Positions 42,842-52,531 of a stretch of DNA of 64,000 bases are shown here, piece after piece. This DNA is from a bacterium (GTDB lineage: Bacteria; Patescibacteriota; Saccharimonadia; Saccharimonadales; UBA4665), in contig JAJYZG010000001.1 in NCBI GenBank assembly GCA_021800155.1, positions 9,583 to 73,582 on the forward strand, given 5' to 3'. Numbering within the stretch: position 1 is the first letter of the stretch; the number at the start of each line of letters is the position of its first letter. The notes under the pieces were generated by a model. The model made no database searches. It had not been told where the DNA came from and saw only the letters and a program-made list of their open reading frames with translations. The position numbers were made by a program, and so were the translations under genes.

Positions 42842-44291
42842 CCATCGGCGAAACGCTCCGTCCCCTCCAAAGCACCGTACCAAACTCGTACTTCCACATC
42901 GAAACGTGCATTAAGCCGATATCTAGTAGCAGTATTGCCGGCCATAAAACGTAGGGTATAATCATCCGGCTCCGATAAGTTAGCTTAAAAACTTGACCGA
43001 AAGTTGTAGCAAAAAGTATGAAGCCCAAAAATCCTAATGAAAGATATAGTAGGTTCCGCTCGAGCACACCAATAATAATGTTGACCAGTAGATATAAACC
43101 GCCCAAAGCCTCAATTAGCGTCAATAATGCGACAGTTTCCGGTTGACGACGCAACTGCGGATAACGCAGTCTAACTACAGTTTCTAGCTGTTCAGAGTGC
43201 GGCTTCTGGCTAAGCAGCGCTGGATATTGCAAAAAACTATAACCATTTCCTTTTAGAGCCAAACGGGCAAAGTAGCTTTCGGGAGAAACCCGTCGTGATA
43301 CTGCTTTAAAACTGCCACTTTCAATTAAAAACTTTTTTTGAGCCAACCAGCAAGTTGGGAGAACTGGCGGACGATCTAAGCCTCGGCGCGGTAAGCTAAC
43401 CTCCCAGGCATAACGCAGCGGTTGTATCCAAGCAAATTTCCAAGGAGTATGATCGTTGCGCGGCATCACCGATAACATCGTTCTCTTTTCATTAATTAAC
43501 ATTGACACGAATATTTTTAAAGCATCCGAGCTAAAGCGCGTATCGGCACCACAGAACAGCACAATTTCACCGTTAGACATTTCGAGTAACTGCTCATATG
43601 CCCAATTCTTGGCCAACCATTCGTTATTAAAAGGATTTCCGGGTATGAACACTACACCATCATGTGCAAACGATCGAATAATTTCTGGCGTGCGACGATT
43701 GGTCGAGTGATCATCCAATACCAAAATTTCAAGCTTTGGGTAATCATTTGCGATCAGACTGTTTAAGCAAGCGATGAGCGAGTCAGTTTCATTCCTTGCC
43801 GGTATGCAAACAGTTAACGTAGGTAATTCCGAGTCTATCAGTTTTTTAACGACATGACGCTTATTAGTTTCAGTTAAACTCCGCCTAGTCGAAATTAACA
43901 TAATCAGGCCAAGCAAGCAGCAACTCACGCCAAGAATCAACGGATCATTGATTAAAAGCTTGGCGTATTGTGCACTTAAACCGAGTGCAGCAATTAATAT
44001 CTGTGCTAGCAATAGACGCACTGCTGTAGTTTGAGAGATTCTTCTTAAATGCTCTGGTTGGATTTTACTTTTAACGACACGAAACAAATTAAATGCCTGG
44101 TAAAGCGCTAAGAAGCAGATGATGTCGACAAAAACGAGCGTATATCCTGTAATTAGTAATAAAACCGTAAAGCTGACGGTCGCTATTATAGCGACTAAAG
44201 CCAAATACCGGCGAAAAGGCCATAGTCGATAAAGCGTAATCAAGAGCCCAATAAATCCAGTGGCTAGCAGCAGCATTAATGCAGGTTTCAT
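42771..44291 (-). CDS. Membrane GT2 glycosyltransferase
   Basis: IPARNE, VLDDHS, WLAKNWA; N- and C-terminal TM helices. Confidence 0.85.
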   Translation of the reverse strand: MKPALMLLLATGFIGLLITLYRLWPFRRYLALVAIIATVSFTVLLLITGYTLVFVDIICFLALYQAFNLFRVVKSKIQPEHLRRISQTTAVRLLLAQILIAALGLSAQYAKLLINDPLILGVSCCLLGLIMLISTRRSLTETNKRHVVKKLIDSELPTLTVCIPARNETDSLIACLNSLIANDYPKLEILVLDDHSTNRRTPEIIRSFAHDGVVFIPGNPFNNEWLAKNWAYEQLLEMSNGEIVLFCGADTRFSSDALKIFVSMLINEKRTMLSVMPRNDHTPWKFAWIQPLRYAWEVSLPRRGLDRPPVLPTCWLAQKKFLIESGSFKAVSRRVSPESYFARLALKGNGYSFLQYPALLSQKPHSEQLETVVRLRYPQLRRQPETVALLTLIEALGGLYLLVNIIIGVLERNLLYLSLGFLGFILFATTFGQVFKLTYRSRMIIPYVLWPAILLLDIGLMHVSMWKYEFGTVLWRGRSVSPMVMRHSAFEHLDGVSVHSGSENIH

Positions 44292-44367
44292 ATTATCTAT
44301 ATATTAGCAGAGGCATATTTTTACTAAGCCGCCTACTTGTGACAGAATAGTTAAAGCTAGGTAGCAG

Positions 44368-45249
44368 ATGACATTATTAATAACAGTCGTAACTTCACTA
44401 TGTGCAGGATTTTTGAACTCAATTTCGGGCGTCTTTCAACGCAAAGGATCTGGCAAGCTCAAGCCCAATGAGCTTTACAAAAAAAACATAATTTTAAAAA
44501 CCAGCAAAAATTCGACGTGGCAAATCGGTGTGGTGGCAGAAGCCTTGGCGGCAGTTCTGGAGGTCGTCGCCTTATATTTCGGCAGCTTGATCATCGTCGA
44601 ACCACTGCTCATGACCAATCTAATATTTCTAATGGCTATTTTGCAACGGAAGTATAATATAGCAATTTCACCAATAGAATGGACTGGAGCCATAGCCATT
44701 GGCCTAGGTGTTAGCCTATTTTTGATTGTTTCTAAACCAAAACCAGGAATACCCTCTTACGGTTTAATTTGGCTAGCTCCGACAATTATCGTCGCAACCC
44801 TCATTACTCTCGGTGCGATTATTACAAGAAGGCTGAAACAGCCCGAAAGACGCGGTGCGGCCGGTGCGATAACAGCAGGTTTGAGTTTAGGATTAACGGC
44901 AGCCTTAACCAGGTTGGCGATGGTTGAACTACATAATGGAATTTATATATTTTTTACGCACTGGCCAATTTACGCATTAATTAGTAGTGCAGTGGTATCT
45001 GTAATAGCAATTCAAGTTGGCTATGCCTCGGGTCCGCTAAAAATTACACAACCGGTTCTAGAAGTAGTTTCGCCTGTGGTAAGCATATTAATAGTACTTT
45101 TAGTTTTTCGAAATTCAATCAGTCTGACACCACTATCAATAGCTCTAGAAAGTGTTAGTTTCATAGTAGCTGCCAGCGGCGTCGTAATACTGGGAAGTTC
45201 ATCACGTTTAACTGAGGCCGAAACTCAGACCTCGCTATATGTGAACTGA
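44368..45249 (+). CDS. DMT-superfamily membrane transporter
   Basis: About 9 hydrophobic helices; ALYFGSLIIVEPL and QVGYASGPL resemble NIPA/actinobacterial DMT proteins. Confidence 0.75.
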   Translation: MTLLITVVTSLCAGFLNSISGVFQRKGSGKLKPNELYKKNIILKTSKNSTWQIGVVAEALAAVLEVVALYFGSLIIVEPLLMTNLIFLMAILQRKYNIAISPIEWTGAIAIGLGVSLFLIVSKPKPGIPSYGLIWLAPTIIVATLITLGAIITRRLKQPERRGAAGAITAGLSLGLTAALTRLAMVELHNGIYIFFTHWPIYALISSAVVSVIAIQVGYASGPLKITQPVLEVVSPVVSILIVLLVFRNSISLTPLSIALESVSFIVAASGVVILGSSSRLTEAETQTSLYVN

Positions 45250-45315
45250 ATAGTAGCGAAAAGTACTACAACTACTGGCGAAACGGGGGTTAAAGTGCTA
45301 GACTTGACATATTAG

Positions 45316-45346
45316 GCCTACGATATAAATCATTGTAGGCTTTTTT
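45316..45346 (+). terminator. Intrinsic terminator immediately upstream of secE
   Basis: GCCTACGAT-ataaatc-ATTGTAGGC 9-bp stem followed by TTTTTT. Confidence 0.65.
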
Positions 45347-45366
45347 AAGTGAAACAGGGGATAGCA

Positions 45367-45774
45367 GTGGCAGAACAGTCTAACAAGCCCAAAAGACGCT
45401 TGCGACCGGCTCAAGCAAGTATCCGCGAGCGTGCGCATGCGGCACGGGAAACACAACCACAAAAGGCATCAAGGCTTAGCAGGATCGGAACAGGATTGAA
45501 AAAGCCCTTTGGCATCAGTCATAGTTTTCTTGTAAGGTTCAAAACAATGCGTGCCATCGGCAAAGTACTTAAAGTAATCGGACGCATTCTGCTGCCAATG
45601 TATTTTAGAAATAGCTGGAAGGAAATCCGTTTAGTTACTTGGCCAAACCGTCGGGATAGCCGCCGTTTAACGTTAGCAGTTCTAGGTTTTGCGATCGTTT
45701 TCGGAGCATTAGTTGCTTCACTCGACTACGGACTTAGCCATCTGTTCCAATCAATTATTCTAGGTAAACATTAA
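45367..45774 (+). CDS. secE: Preprotein translocase subunit SecE with basic N-terminal extension
   Basis: EIRLVTWPNRRD plus single TM helix; upstream of nusG; GTG 45367 follows AGGGG (alternative GTG 45349). Confidence 0.92.
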   Translation: MAEQSNKPKRRLRPAQASIRERAHAARETQPQKASRLSRIGTGLKKPFGISHSFLVRFKTMRAIGKVLKVIGRILLPMYFRNSWKEIRLVTWPNRRDSRRLTLAVLGFAIVFGALVASLDYGLSHLFQSIILGKH

Positions 45775-45788
45775 GGAGAATAACTAAA

Positions 45789-46349
45789 GTGGCAACCGCA
45801 GCAACTAGCAAAAAACGCTATGATACAAGTAAGCGTTGGTACGCTATCCATACATATAGCGGCTACGAGGAAAAGGTGGCAGAGAGTATACGACAACGAG
45901 CGGAAAGCTTGGATATGGGCGATAAAATCTTTGAAGTTTTGGTGCCGAAAGAAAAAATGATTGAGATAAAAAACGGCAAGCGCCGAGTGGTTGAGAAACG
46001 TATCTTTCAGGGCTACGTACTGGTGCAAATGAAATTAAGTGAAGACGCCTGGTACATAGTGCGGAATACACCCAGTGTAACTGGATTTGTAGGAAGTGGC
46101 ACGGACCCCACCCCCGTTGAAGAAGAAGAGATCGAGAAAATCCAAAAACGGATGGGTCTTGAACAACCCAAACATAAGATAGATTTCCAAATTGGAGATG
46201 TTGTCAATATTATAGACGGGCCATTTAAGGGGTTTGACGGATCAATTAATGAAATTGATGCGCAAAAAGGTAAACTGAAAGTACTTGTTAACATGTTCGG
46301 CCGAGAGACTCCGGTCGAGCTTGATAGCTTACAAGTTAAGCGTGTTTAG
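45789..46349 (+). CDS. nusG: Transcription factor NusG
   Basis: WYAIHTYSGYE, VRNTPSVTGFVG, KOW GPFKGFDG, FGRETPVEL. Confidence 0.99.
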   Translation: MATAATSKKRYDTSKRWYAIHTYSGYEEKVAESIRQRAESLDMGDKIFEVLVPKEKMIEIKNGKRRVVEKRIFQGYVLVQMKLSEDAWYIVRNTPSVTGFVGSGTDPTPVEEEEIEKIQKRMGLEQPKHKIDFQIGDVVNIIDGPFKGFDGSINEIDAQKGKLKVLVNMFGRETPVELDSLQVKRV

Positions 46350-46438
46350 ATAAAACCATAACGTAATTCAATAACTACATCGCTAAAGTAAGCTCAAGCT
46401 AAAGTAAAGTTTGCGCAAAACAGTACGCATAATTCAAC

Positions 46439-46467
46439 TGGACAACAGAGGTAATATTTAGTAAGAT
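46439..46467 (+). promoter_or_regulatory. Promoter of rplK-rplA
   Basis: TGGACA-N17-TAAGAT. Confidence 0.6.
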
Positions 46468-46516
46468 TTAGCAGCTAAGTGCGAATCAATGATACGAACA
46501 GATATTAGGAGAACAC

Positions 46517-46948
46517 ATGGCAGACAAAGCCGTTAAGGCTAACCTAAAAATGAAGATACGTGCCGGACAGGCCAGCCCGGCGCCGCCGGTAGGAAGTACG
46601 CTTGGACAGTACGGCGTAAATATGATGGACTTTATTAATCCTTTTAATGAACAGACCGAGGATATGCAAGGAGCCGAGTTGACTGTACATATCACGATAT
46701 ACGAAGATCGTAGTCTGACTTTCAGGGTTGTGTCGACGCCAACCGACAACCGTATCCGATCGGCCTTAAAAATAGATAAAGGCTCGGGACGCCCAAACAG
46801 TGAGAAAATTACCAAAAAACTATCACAAGCTGATTGGATAAAAATTGCACAAGACAAAGCCAAGGACATGAATACTGACAACATTGACTCAGTTAAAAAA
46901 ATGGTTGCCGGAACAGCCCGCAGCATGGGTGTCGAGATCGAAGGATAA
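46517..46948 (+). CDS. rplK: 50S ribosomal protein L11
   Basis: PAPPVGSTLGQ, YEDRS, GTARSMG. Confidence 0.98.
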   Translation: MADKAVKANLKMKIRAGQASPAPPVGSTLGQYGVNMMDFINPFNEQTEDMQGAELTVHITIYEDRSLTFRVVSTPTDNRIRSALKIDKGSGRPNSEKITKKLSQADWIKIAQDKAKDMNTDNIDSVKKMVAGTARSMGVEIEG

Positions 46949-46957
46949 TTAATAATT

Positions 46958-46998
46958 AGTGGGAGGCCAGCGGGAAAAACCCGGCCGCGAGAACCACT
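46958..46998 (+). promoter_or_regulatory. L1-binding autoregulatory RNA leader of rplA
   Basis: AGTGGGAG-GCC...GGC-CGCGAGA-ACCACT matches the GUGGGAG...ACCAC L1-site architecture just before the rplA SD. Confidence 0.75.
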
Positions 46999-47012
46999 GG
47001 AGGTAACAATCT

Positions 47013-47930
47013 ATGCCAAGGGCAAAGAAAGTTGAAGATGTAACAGCACAAACCGGTACCATAGCTAAGGAAAAACTATCAGAAACCAAGGCTACATCCA
47101 AGTTAACGGAGACATCTAAGGCGGGAAAACGAAGCGCTAAGGCCATTGCCGCAGCACACGCGAAGCAAGAGAAAGAAGCACGCAAGATTGATAAGGCCAA
47201 GGCGGAAACTAGCAGTATTAAGCCAGTCATTATTCGAACTAAAAGCAGACTCGAGCGTAGATCAAAATCGTACCGAAAAAAATTTGCATTAATTGACTCC
47301 AATAAGCGCTATGCGTTAAAAGACGCGGCAGCGCTCATCGGGCAGACTAATCCAGTCAAATTTGATTCCACAATCGAATTATCTGTTCATTTGGCTGTAG
47401 ATCCAAAGCAAGCCGATCAAAACGTCCGCGACAGTGTTCTACTGCCAGCGGGGAGCGGAAAGCAAGTCAGAGTAGCTGTGTTTGCAAACGGTGAAGATGC
47501 ATCTGCTGCAGAAAAAGCGGGAGCTGAGCTAGTAGGTCAAGCTGAGATAATAAAAGAACTCGAGGCGGGCAGCTTTAGTTTTGACGTACTGATAGCCAGT
47601 CCATCGGAAATGCCAAAACTAGGGAAGTACGCCCGCCTGCTTGGTCCAAGAGGTCTGATGCCTAATCCAAAAAGCGGCACAGTAACAACAGATATTGGTC
47701 GAGCTGTCAGAGAATCTAAGTCAGGTAAGGTCGAATATCGTGTTGATAGCGGCGGTAATCTGCACATACCGGTAGGGAAGACCAGCTTCACGCCTGAAAG
47801 TATTCTACAAAATGTGGAGGCGACGCTGTCTAGTATCCAATCAAACCGACCGGCTACAGTTAAGGGAGCATACATGTTAAGCGCTAGCCTATCTACCAGT
47901 ATGGGCCCGGCATTGAAGCTCTCAATCTAA
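47013..47930 (+). CDS. rplA: 50S ribosomal protein L1 with ~70-aa Lys-rich N-terminal extension
   Basis: [29 protein letters not shown]. Confidence 0.98.
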   Translation: MPRAKKVEDVTAQTGTIAKEKLSETKATSKLTETSKAGKRSAKAIAAAHAKQEKEARKIDKAKAETSSIKPVIIRTKSRLERRSKSYRKKFALIDSNKRYALKDAAALIGQTNPVKFDSTIELSVHLAVDPKQADQNVRDSVLLPAGSGKQVRVAVFANGEDASAAEKAGAELVGQAEIIKELEAGSFSFDVLIASPSEMPKLGKYARLLGPRGLMPNPKSGTVTTDIGRAVRESKSGKVEYRVDSGGNLHIPVGKTSFTPESILQNVEATLSSIQSNRPATVKGAYMLSASLSTSMGPALKLSI

Positions 47931-48009
47931 TCGATTGCCTTTTTAATTTGCATTTAAGGCAAAAGAATTAGTAAAATAGGCGAAAGTCATGAGAGGGTAA
48001 TATCCCATA

Positions 48010-48723
48010 GTGGGAGTATTTAGTAACACTCAAATCCGTGAAGCAGTTGCAAGTGGGCACATATTATGCGTACCCTTTAACCCAAAGCATGTAGCACATG
48101 CCAGTCTCGACGTAACTATCGGATACTACTACTATCGCATCGAAAAAATGAATGAACGCAACGTCTATAATCCTTTCGACCGGGAGGATGTAGAACGCTA
48201 CTTTGACGGTCCCTATAAAGCCATGCAACACCAAGCTTGGTGCAAACTAAATGGCATAGCTCCGCTTAAAAACATACCTCTTGACCATTTTGTAATTAGT
48301 CTAAAACCGGGCGAGCGAATTTTAGCGCATACGCATGAATTTTTTGGAATATTGCCACCGGGTGCTTACGAGCTAAAGTCACGTTCAAGTTGGGGGCGTA
48401 ACGGAGTAGCCGTCTGCTTTGATGCCGGATGGGTTGATCCCGGTTACATCAACCGTTTAACGCTCGAGATTTATAACCTGAATCAGCGCGAAACAGTCCT
48501 TTTGCCAGTCGGAGAAAGGATAGCTCAAGCTGTCTTTCATGAAACTGGTCCAGTAGAAGGAAAATATGGCGAAGGACGAGACGACGGATTCAGCGGAAAG
48601 TATCAGCAAGGTACAGATATAGAACTACTGATAAAAACATGGTCTCCGGATATGATGCTGCCCAAAGCCTACCGTGACCAACGAGTTATGCCCGAAAAAA
48701 TTGAAGGTACGACTTATGATTAA
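48010..48723 (+). CDS. dcd: dCTP deaminase (dUTPase-fold)
   Basis: HASLDV, SRSSWGR, GWVDPGY...TLEIYN, IAQAVF, GKYQ. Confidence 0.88.
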   Translation: MGVFSNTQIREAVASGHILCVPFNPKHVAHASLDVTIGYYYYRIEKMNERNVYNPFDREDVERYFDGPYKAMQHQAWCKLNGIAPLKNIPLDHFVISLKPGERILAHTHEFFGILPPGAYELKSRSSWGRNGVAVCFDAGWVDPGYINRLTLEIYNLNQRETVLLPVGERIAQAVFHETGPVEGKYGEGRDDGFSGKYQQGTDIELLIKTWSPDMMLPKAYRDQRVMPEKIEGTTYD

Positions 48724-51085
48724 AGGAAAGTACATCGTTATAGAAGGTCCCGAAGGTGTTGGTAAAACTACGCAAATAGCAGAGTTAGCTCAACGCTTAC
48801 AAGCTGCCGGTTTGCCAATACGTATATTACGTGAGCCCGATTCTCAGAGTGATTTAACAGCGCGGGTAATTCGACAGCTCACACAAGATCCACGTTACCC
48901 AATGAATAGCGTCACAGAAGTACTGCTGTATAACGCCGCACGCTCACAGTCCTTGCAAGTTATTAACAATAGCACGGCACAAGGGGTGACATGCGTAGTC
49001 GACCGTAACTATTTAACCACTCTAGCAATTCAATACTATGGTCGCGGAGACGTACCAGATTACCAGACAATTAACCAGATAATAAAATTTGCCGTTAACG
49101 GTATCGAACCGGATTTAACCATGGTTTTAGACGCTCCGGTGCAGTTATTACTAGATAGAATGGCGGACCGTAATCATGGGGAACGTTTTGATGACCTAGA
49201 TGCCGCTTTCTTAGAGCGAGTCAGGGCAGGTTATCTATGGGAGGCAAATCAAAGGGGTCTACCAATCATATTTGCAACCGGCACGCCGCAAGAAGTGGCC
49301 AATCGTATATGGCAGCAAGTGGTACAAACTTTAAGTATCCGCACAAAAACAGTTGCGGCGACAAATCCACCACCTAGAACCGAAAAGCTATCGGCCGCAG
49401 CGTTACCCATGATCGGAAAAGCTAATGCCGGCTCCAATGACAACTTAACTTCGGAAAAGCTAATTATTAAAAAGCCTAGCGGCTACAGCGTAACGAAAGC
49501 CGGTAAACAGTTTTTAACTCAGGTTGTAACCAATACAGATGGTAACGTTTATGCTTTTTATAACCACATAGCGCCTCCAACTGTTGCTGCCGCCATGGCA
49601 AGACTTAGCCGGCGTGGAGACGATATGCGCATTACGTTGCTTGACGAATTTGCGGCTAATGCCCAAAGGGAGCAAGATCTGCTAAGACGAGTGATAAGTG
49701 CTTACGGTGACGACTCAGTCCAACAACTTGCCGGAATTCATGTTGTCGTCGAAAATGCCTCTAATCTGTTAACGAAAAAACTAGAGTGGGGAAGGCTGGC
49801 TGCCTACCTCGAGCAATCAACACGTTACATATACTTCGATCAAAAAACAGCAGCTAACAAGTACCGTTACTACACCCCGGACAATTTGGACGATAAAACC
49901 AAACGCAGCTACAACCGAACCATGGATCAAATCTTCGACATCTATTCTGATCTAGTCCATAAATTAACAAACCACATTGATAAAGCAAGCAAAGTGTTAA
50001 AGTCCGAGCGGGACGGAGCATTTAGATCAGCAGTAAGGGCGCAGGCATGCGACGCAATCCGCCCACTGTTGCCTGTCGCCACGACATCCACAGTCGGAAT
50101 CTATGCCTCGGCTCAAGCCTTGGAGTCGTTAATTATGCATTTACTGGCAGACGAGTTAGCAGAGGCCAGAAGTACTGGCGAAGCATTACTAATTGAAGCC
50201 CGGAAAGTCATCCCGATGTTCTTAGAACGTGCCGACAAACCCGACCGGGGAGGTGCAATGACAGCATATAAGGCCAACGTTAACCGACTAATGCAACAAC
50301 TCGCAGACGAAACTATTAATCAGACTTCAATACCAAATGACGTTAACAGCGTAACGCTTACTGACATTTGGCCAAAAAACGAACTGGATTTAGTGCCCGA
50401 TATGCTTTACGAGTACAGCAATATACCATTGGAATCGATTCGGGCTCTAGTTAATGATTGGCCGTACGAAAAAAAGCAGTTGGTAATGCGATCTTACTTT
50501 GGTGAACGTCTTAATCGACGCCAGCGCCCGGGAAGAGCACTAGAAAAAGCTCATTATAGCTGGGATTTGATGTGCGACTATGGCATATTTCGTGATCTGC
50601 AGCGGCATCGTATGGTTGATGACCTCGAATGGCAAAAACTAACTCCCCGATACGGTTATGAGATACCTGAAATAGTAGAAGAAGCAGACTTAAGTGAAGA
50701 ATTTGAAAGGGCTTTTAACCTAGCACTAAAGCTCAATAGCGAATTAGTAGCGGCAGGGTTCGCACTGGAAGCACAATATGCCACGCTACTTGGCCATCGT
50801 ATGCGCTGGAAACTAACATATAACGCGCGTGAAGCTTTTCACTTACACGAACTCCGCACGTCTCCGCAGGGTCATCCAGGTTATCGTAAGTTAGTCAAAG
50901 CAATGCACGATAAATTAGCCAATGTTCATCCTCTTCTCGCTGAAGCAATGATATTTGTTAATCGCGATGAAGACCCGGAACTAACTCGCTTGGCAGCTGA
51001 ACGCTATACGCAATTTAGACTTTCATATTTGGACAATATACAAAAGACCAAAAAGCAAACGACTAAAACTAAATCAACGGAATAG
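48716..51085 (+). CDS. Thymidylate kinase fused to tandem-domain FAD-dependent thymidylate synthase (Tmk-ThyX)
   Basis: N-terminal IEGPEGVGKTTQ, REP, VVDRN; C-terminal YGDDSV, YLEQSTRY, RDLQRHRM, ELRTSPQGH; start placed at ATG 48716. Confidence 0.88.
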   Translation: MIKGKYIVIEGPEGVGKTTQIAELAQRLQAAGLPIRILREPDSQSDLTARVIRQLTQDPRYPMNSVTEVLLYNAARSQSLQVINNSTAQGVTCVVDRNYLTTLAIQYYGRGDVPDYQTINQIIKFAVNGIEPDLTMVLDAPVQLLLDRMADRNHGERFDDLDAAFLERVRAGYLWEANQRGLPIIFATGTPQEVANRIWQQVVQTLSIRTKTVAATNPPPRTEKLSAAALPMIGKANAGSNDNLTSEKLIIKKPSGYSVTKAGKQFLTQVVTNTDGNVYAFYNHIAPPTVAAAMARLSRRGDDMRITLLDEFAANAQREQDLLRRVISAYGDDSVQQLAGIHVVVENASNLLTKKLEWGRLAAYLEQSTRYIYFDQKTAANKYRYYTPDNLDDKTKRSYNRTMDQIFDIYSDLVHKLTNHIDKASKVLKSERDGAFRSAVRAQACDAIRPLLPVATTSTVGIYASAQALESLIMHLLADELAEARSTGEALLIEARKVIPMFLERADKPDRGGAMTAYKANVNRLMQQLADETINQTSIPNDVNSVTLTDIWPKNELDLVPDMLYEYSNIPLESIRALVNDWPYEKKQLVMRSYFGERLNRRQRPGRALEKAHYSWDLMCDYGIFRDLQRHRMVDDLEWQKLTPRYGYEIPEIVEEADLSEEFERAFNLALKLNSELVAAGFALEAQYATLLGHRMRWKLTYNAREAFHLHELRTSPQGHPGYRKLVKAMHDKLANVHPLLAEAMIFVNRDEDPELTRLAAERYTQFRLSYLDNIQKTKKQTTKTKSTE

Positions 51086-51635
51086 AGACGTGAGCCATAG
51101 GACTATTCTGAACATCACGCATATAGAAAACCGATCCCGTAGGTTGATACTGACAGCCAAAACCCGACAAAGTCCCAAAAGGCACTTTCAGGTTATTCTC
51201 CAAAAACACAATTGGTTCTATAGCAGACTGACCGATTGCGAATCTACTCATCCGTTCGTGATCCGATAGATCAACTTTTGATACCAAATCTCCTCTAAGC
51301 TTATCTTGAGTCACGTCTTGCAATAAAACACTACCTTGCCCAATTGCGTCAGCAACTGCGAGTATTTTACGTATCGAATTATGAATACCTTCGTAATAAT
51401 CCTGTTGCTCCTGGTCACTGTTATTAAATGGATACGCAGCGAAACCGGGTGCTTTCCCTATCAATAATTCATCCGTAAACCAACTGATAAGTTGTACGGC
51501 ATGTGCAAAAGCATGGTCTTTGTAATCTTCGCTTGCCAGAGACTTCTTGTAATCTCTATACATGCCATCGATAAACCTATAGACCACATCTTCGTATTTA
51601 AGCCCACTCGCTCCAACTTCAACTATTGTACTCAT
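51069..51635 (-). CDS. Hypothetical protein (188 aa)
   Basis: ORF only, convergent with thyX; no motif recognised. Confidence 0.65.
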   Translation of the reverse strand: MSTIVEVGASGLKYEDVVYRFIDGMYRDYKKSLASEDYKDHAFAHAVQLISWFTDELLIGKAPGFAAYPFNNSDQEQQDYYEGIHNSIRKILAVADAIGQGSVLLQDVTQDKLRGDLVSKVDLSDHERMSRFAIGQSAIEPIVFLENNLKVPFGTLSGFGCQYQPTGSVFYMRDVQNSPMAHVSIPLI

Positions 51636-51707
51636 CTTTAAATTTCACTAAAACCGAAGTTTAGACTACTCGCATTGATAGCTGTTGTCAATCTCTGCAT
51701 TTACTAG

Positions 51708-52531
51708 AGTTAACACAAAAATAAAAGTGGAATTGACTTTAGGGTTAGCTTGACTGAACTCAAAAATACAAGTGGAATAACTCTTTAAGACCATAACGCT
51801 TCTAACGTAAGCTGGTTGTTGGAATAACAATAAGCTTCTAAGGAGAAAACTATGGCGCAAATACATAATAACTTTAGTGACGCTAGGGTAAAACAACACC
51901 TGGCTTGGTATGTAAACGTCTCTATGAGCCGTGATGACATGTGTAACCAACTAGGCATAAAACACAACGATTTTATAAATTACTCAATAGTTGCCGGGCT
52001 GACTCGTCAAAGTTTAGTGTGACTTGCGGTCGAGAACATGCTCTTAGCCCTGAGGCCAAAGGCAAGATAGAAAGGCAATACAGATGGATACAGGATAGGA
52101 TTGTCCGTAGAGCCGCCAGATAGAACATTCCAAAAGTATTGAAGCAGTCGAACTAAGCCTGGCTCAGAAGGTAGATAGGTACTATAACCGACAGATACAC
52201 TCAACCGCCAGTGAGATACCATCAGTACGGTTTCTAAACGTAGTTAATGATGATCGGTCAATTTCCAGACCCCTAGATATTACTAAAGCTAAACCACCAG
52301 TTACTTCAACCAAGGATATCTTCTGTCTTATGACAGAGCGTAAGGTCAAAGGCTACAATCAGATTTCACTTGTCGGTATACAGTTAGGCGCACCGGGCGC
52401 ATTTGCCAGACGGTATGGCAGTAGCTGCGACAGCTGTTTCGGTAGACTTTGCCAAATAACTTCTTGATTTAACTTTGTTATGCTAACTTGAGGTTGTCTT
52501 CGTCAGACAGTTCGGACTTTTGCTAGCTAAC
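51708..52531 (+). mobile_element. Internally deleted ISNCY/IS1202-like element (pseudo-transposase)
   Basis: AAGGAG SD plus ATG 51852 MAQIHNNFSDARVKQHL...; fragments HALSPEAKGKIERQYRWIQDRIVR, YYNRQIHSTASEIP, STKDIFCL...RKVKGYNQIS in different frames; repeated CAAAAATA(A/C)AAGTGGAA sites at the left end; boundaries approximate. Confidence 0.72.
51802..51822 (+). repeat. 21-bp exact direct repeat, copy 1 (inside ~60-bp imperfect repeat 51761-51822)
   Basis: CTAACGTAAGCTGGTTGTTGG identical at 53728-53748. Confidence 0.9.

Noticed and set aside
52460..52490. dif/XerD-like half sites TTATGCTAACT (here) and TTATGTTAGAT (~56751)
   Set aside because: No convincing XerC arm at 6-bp spacing.
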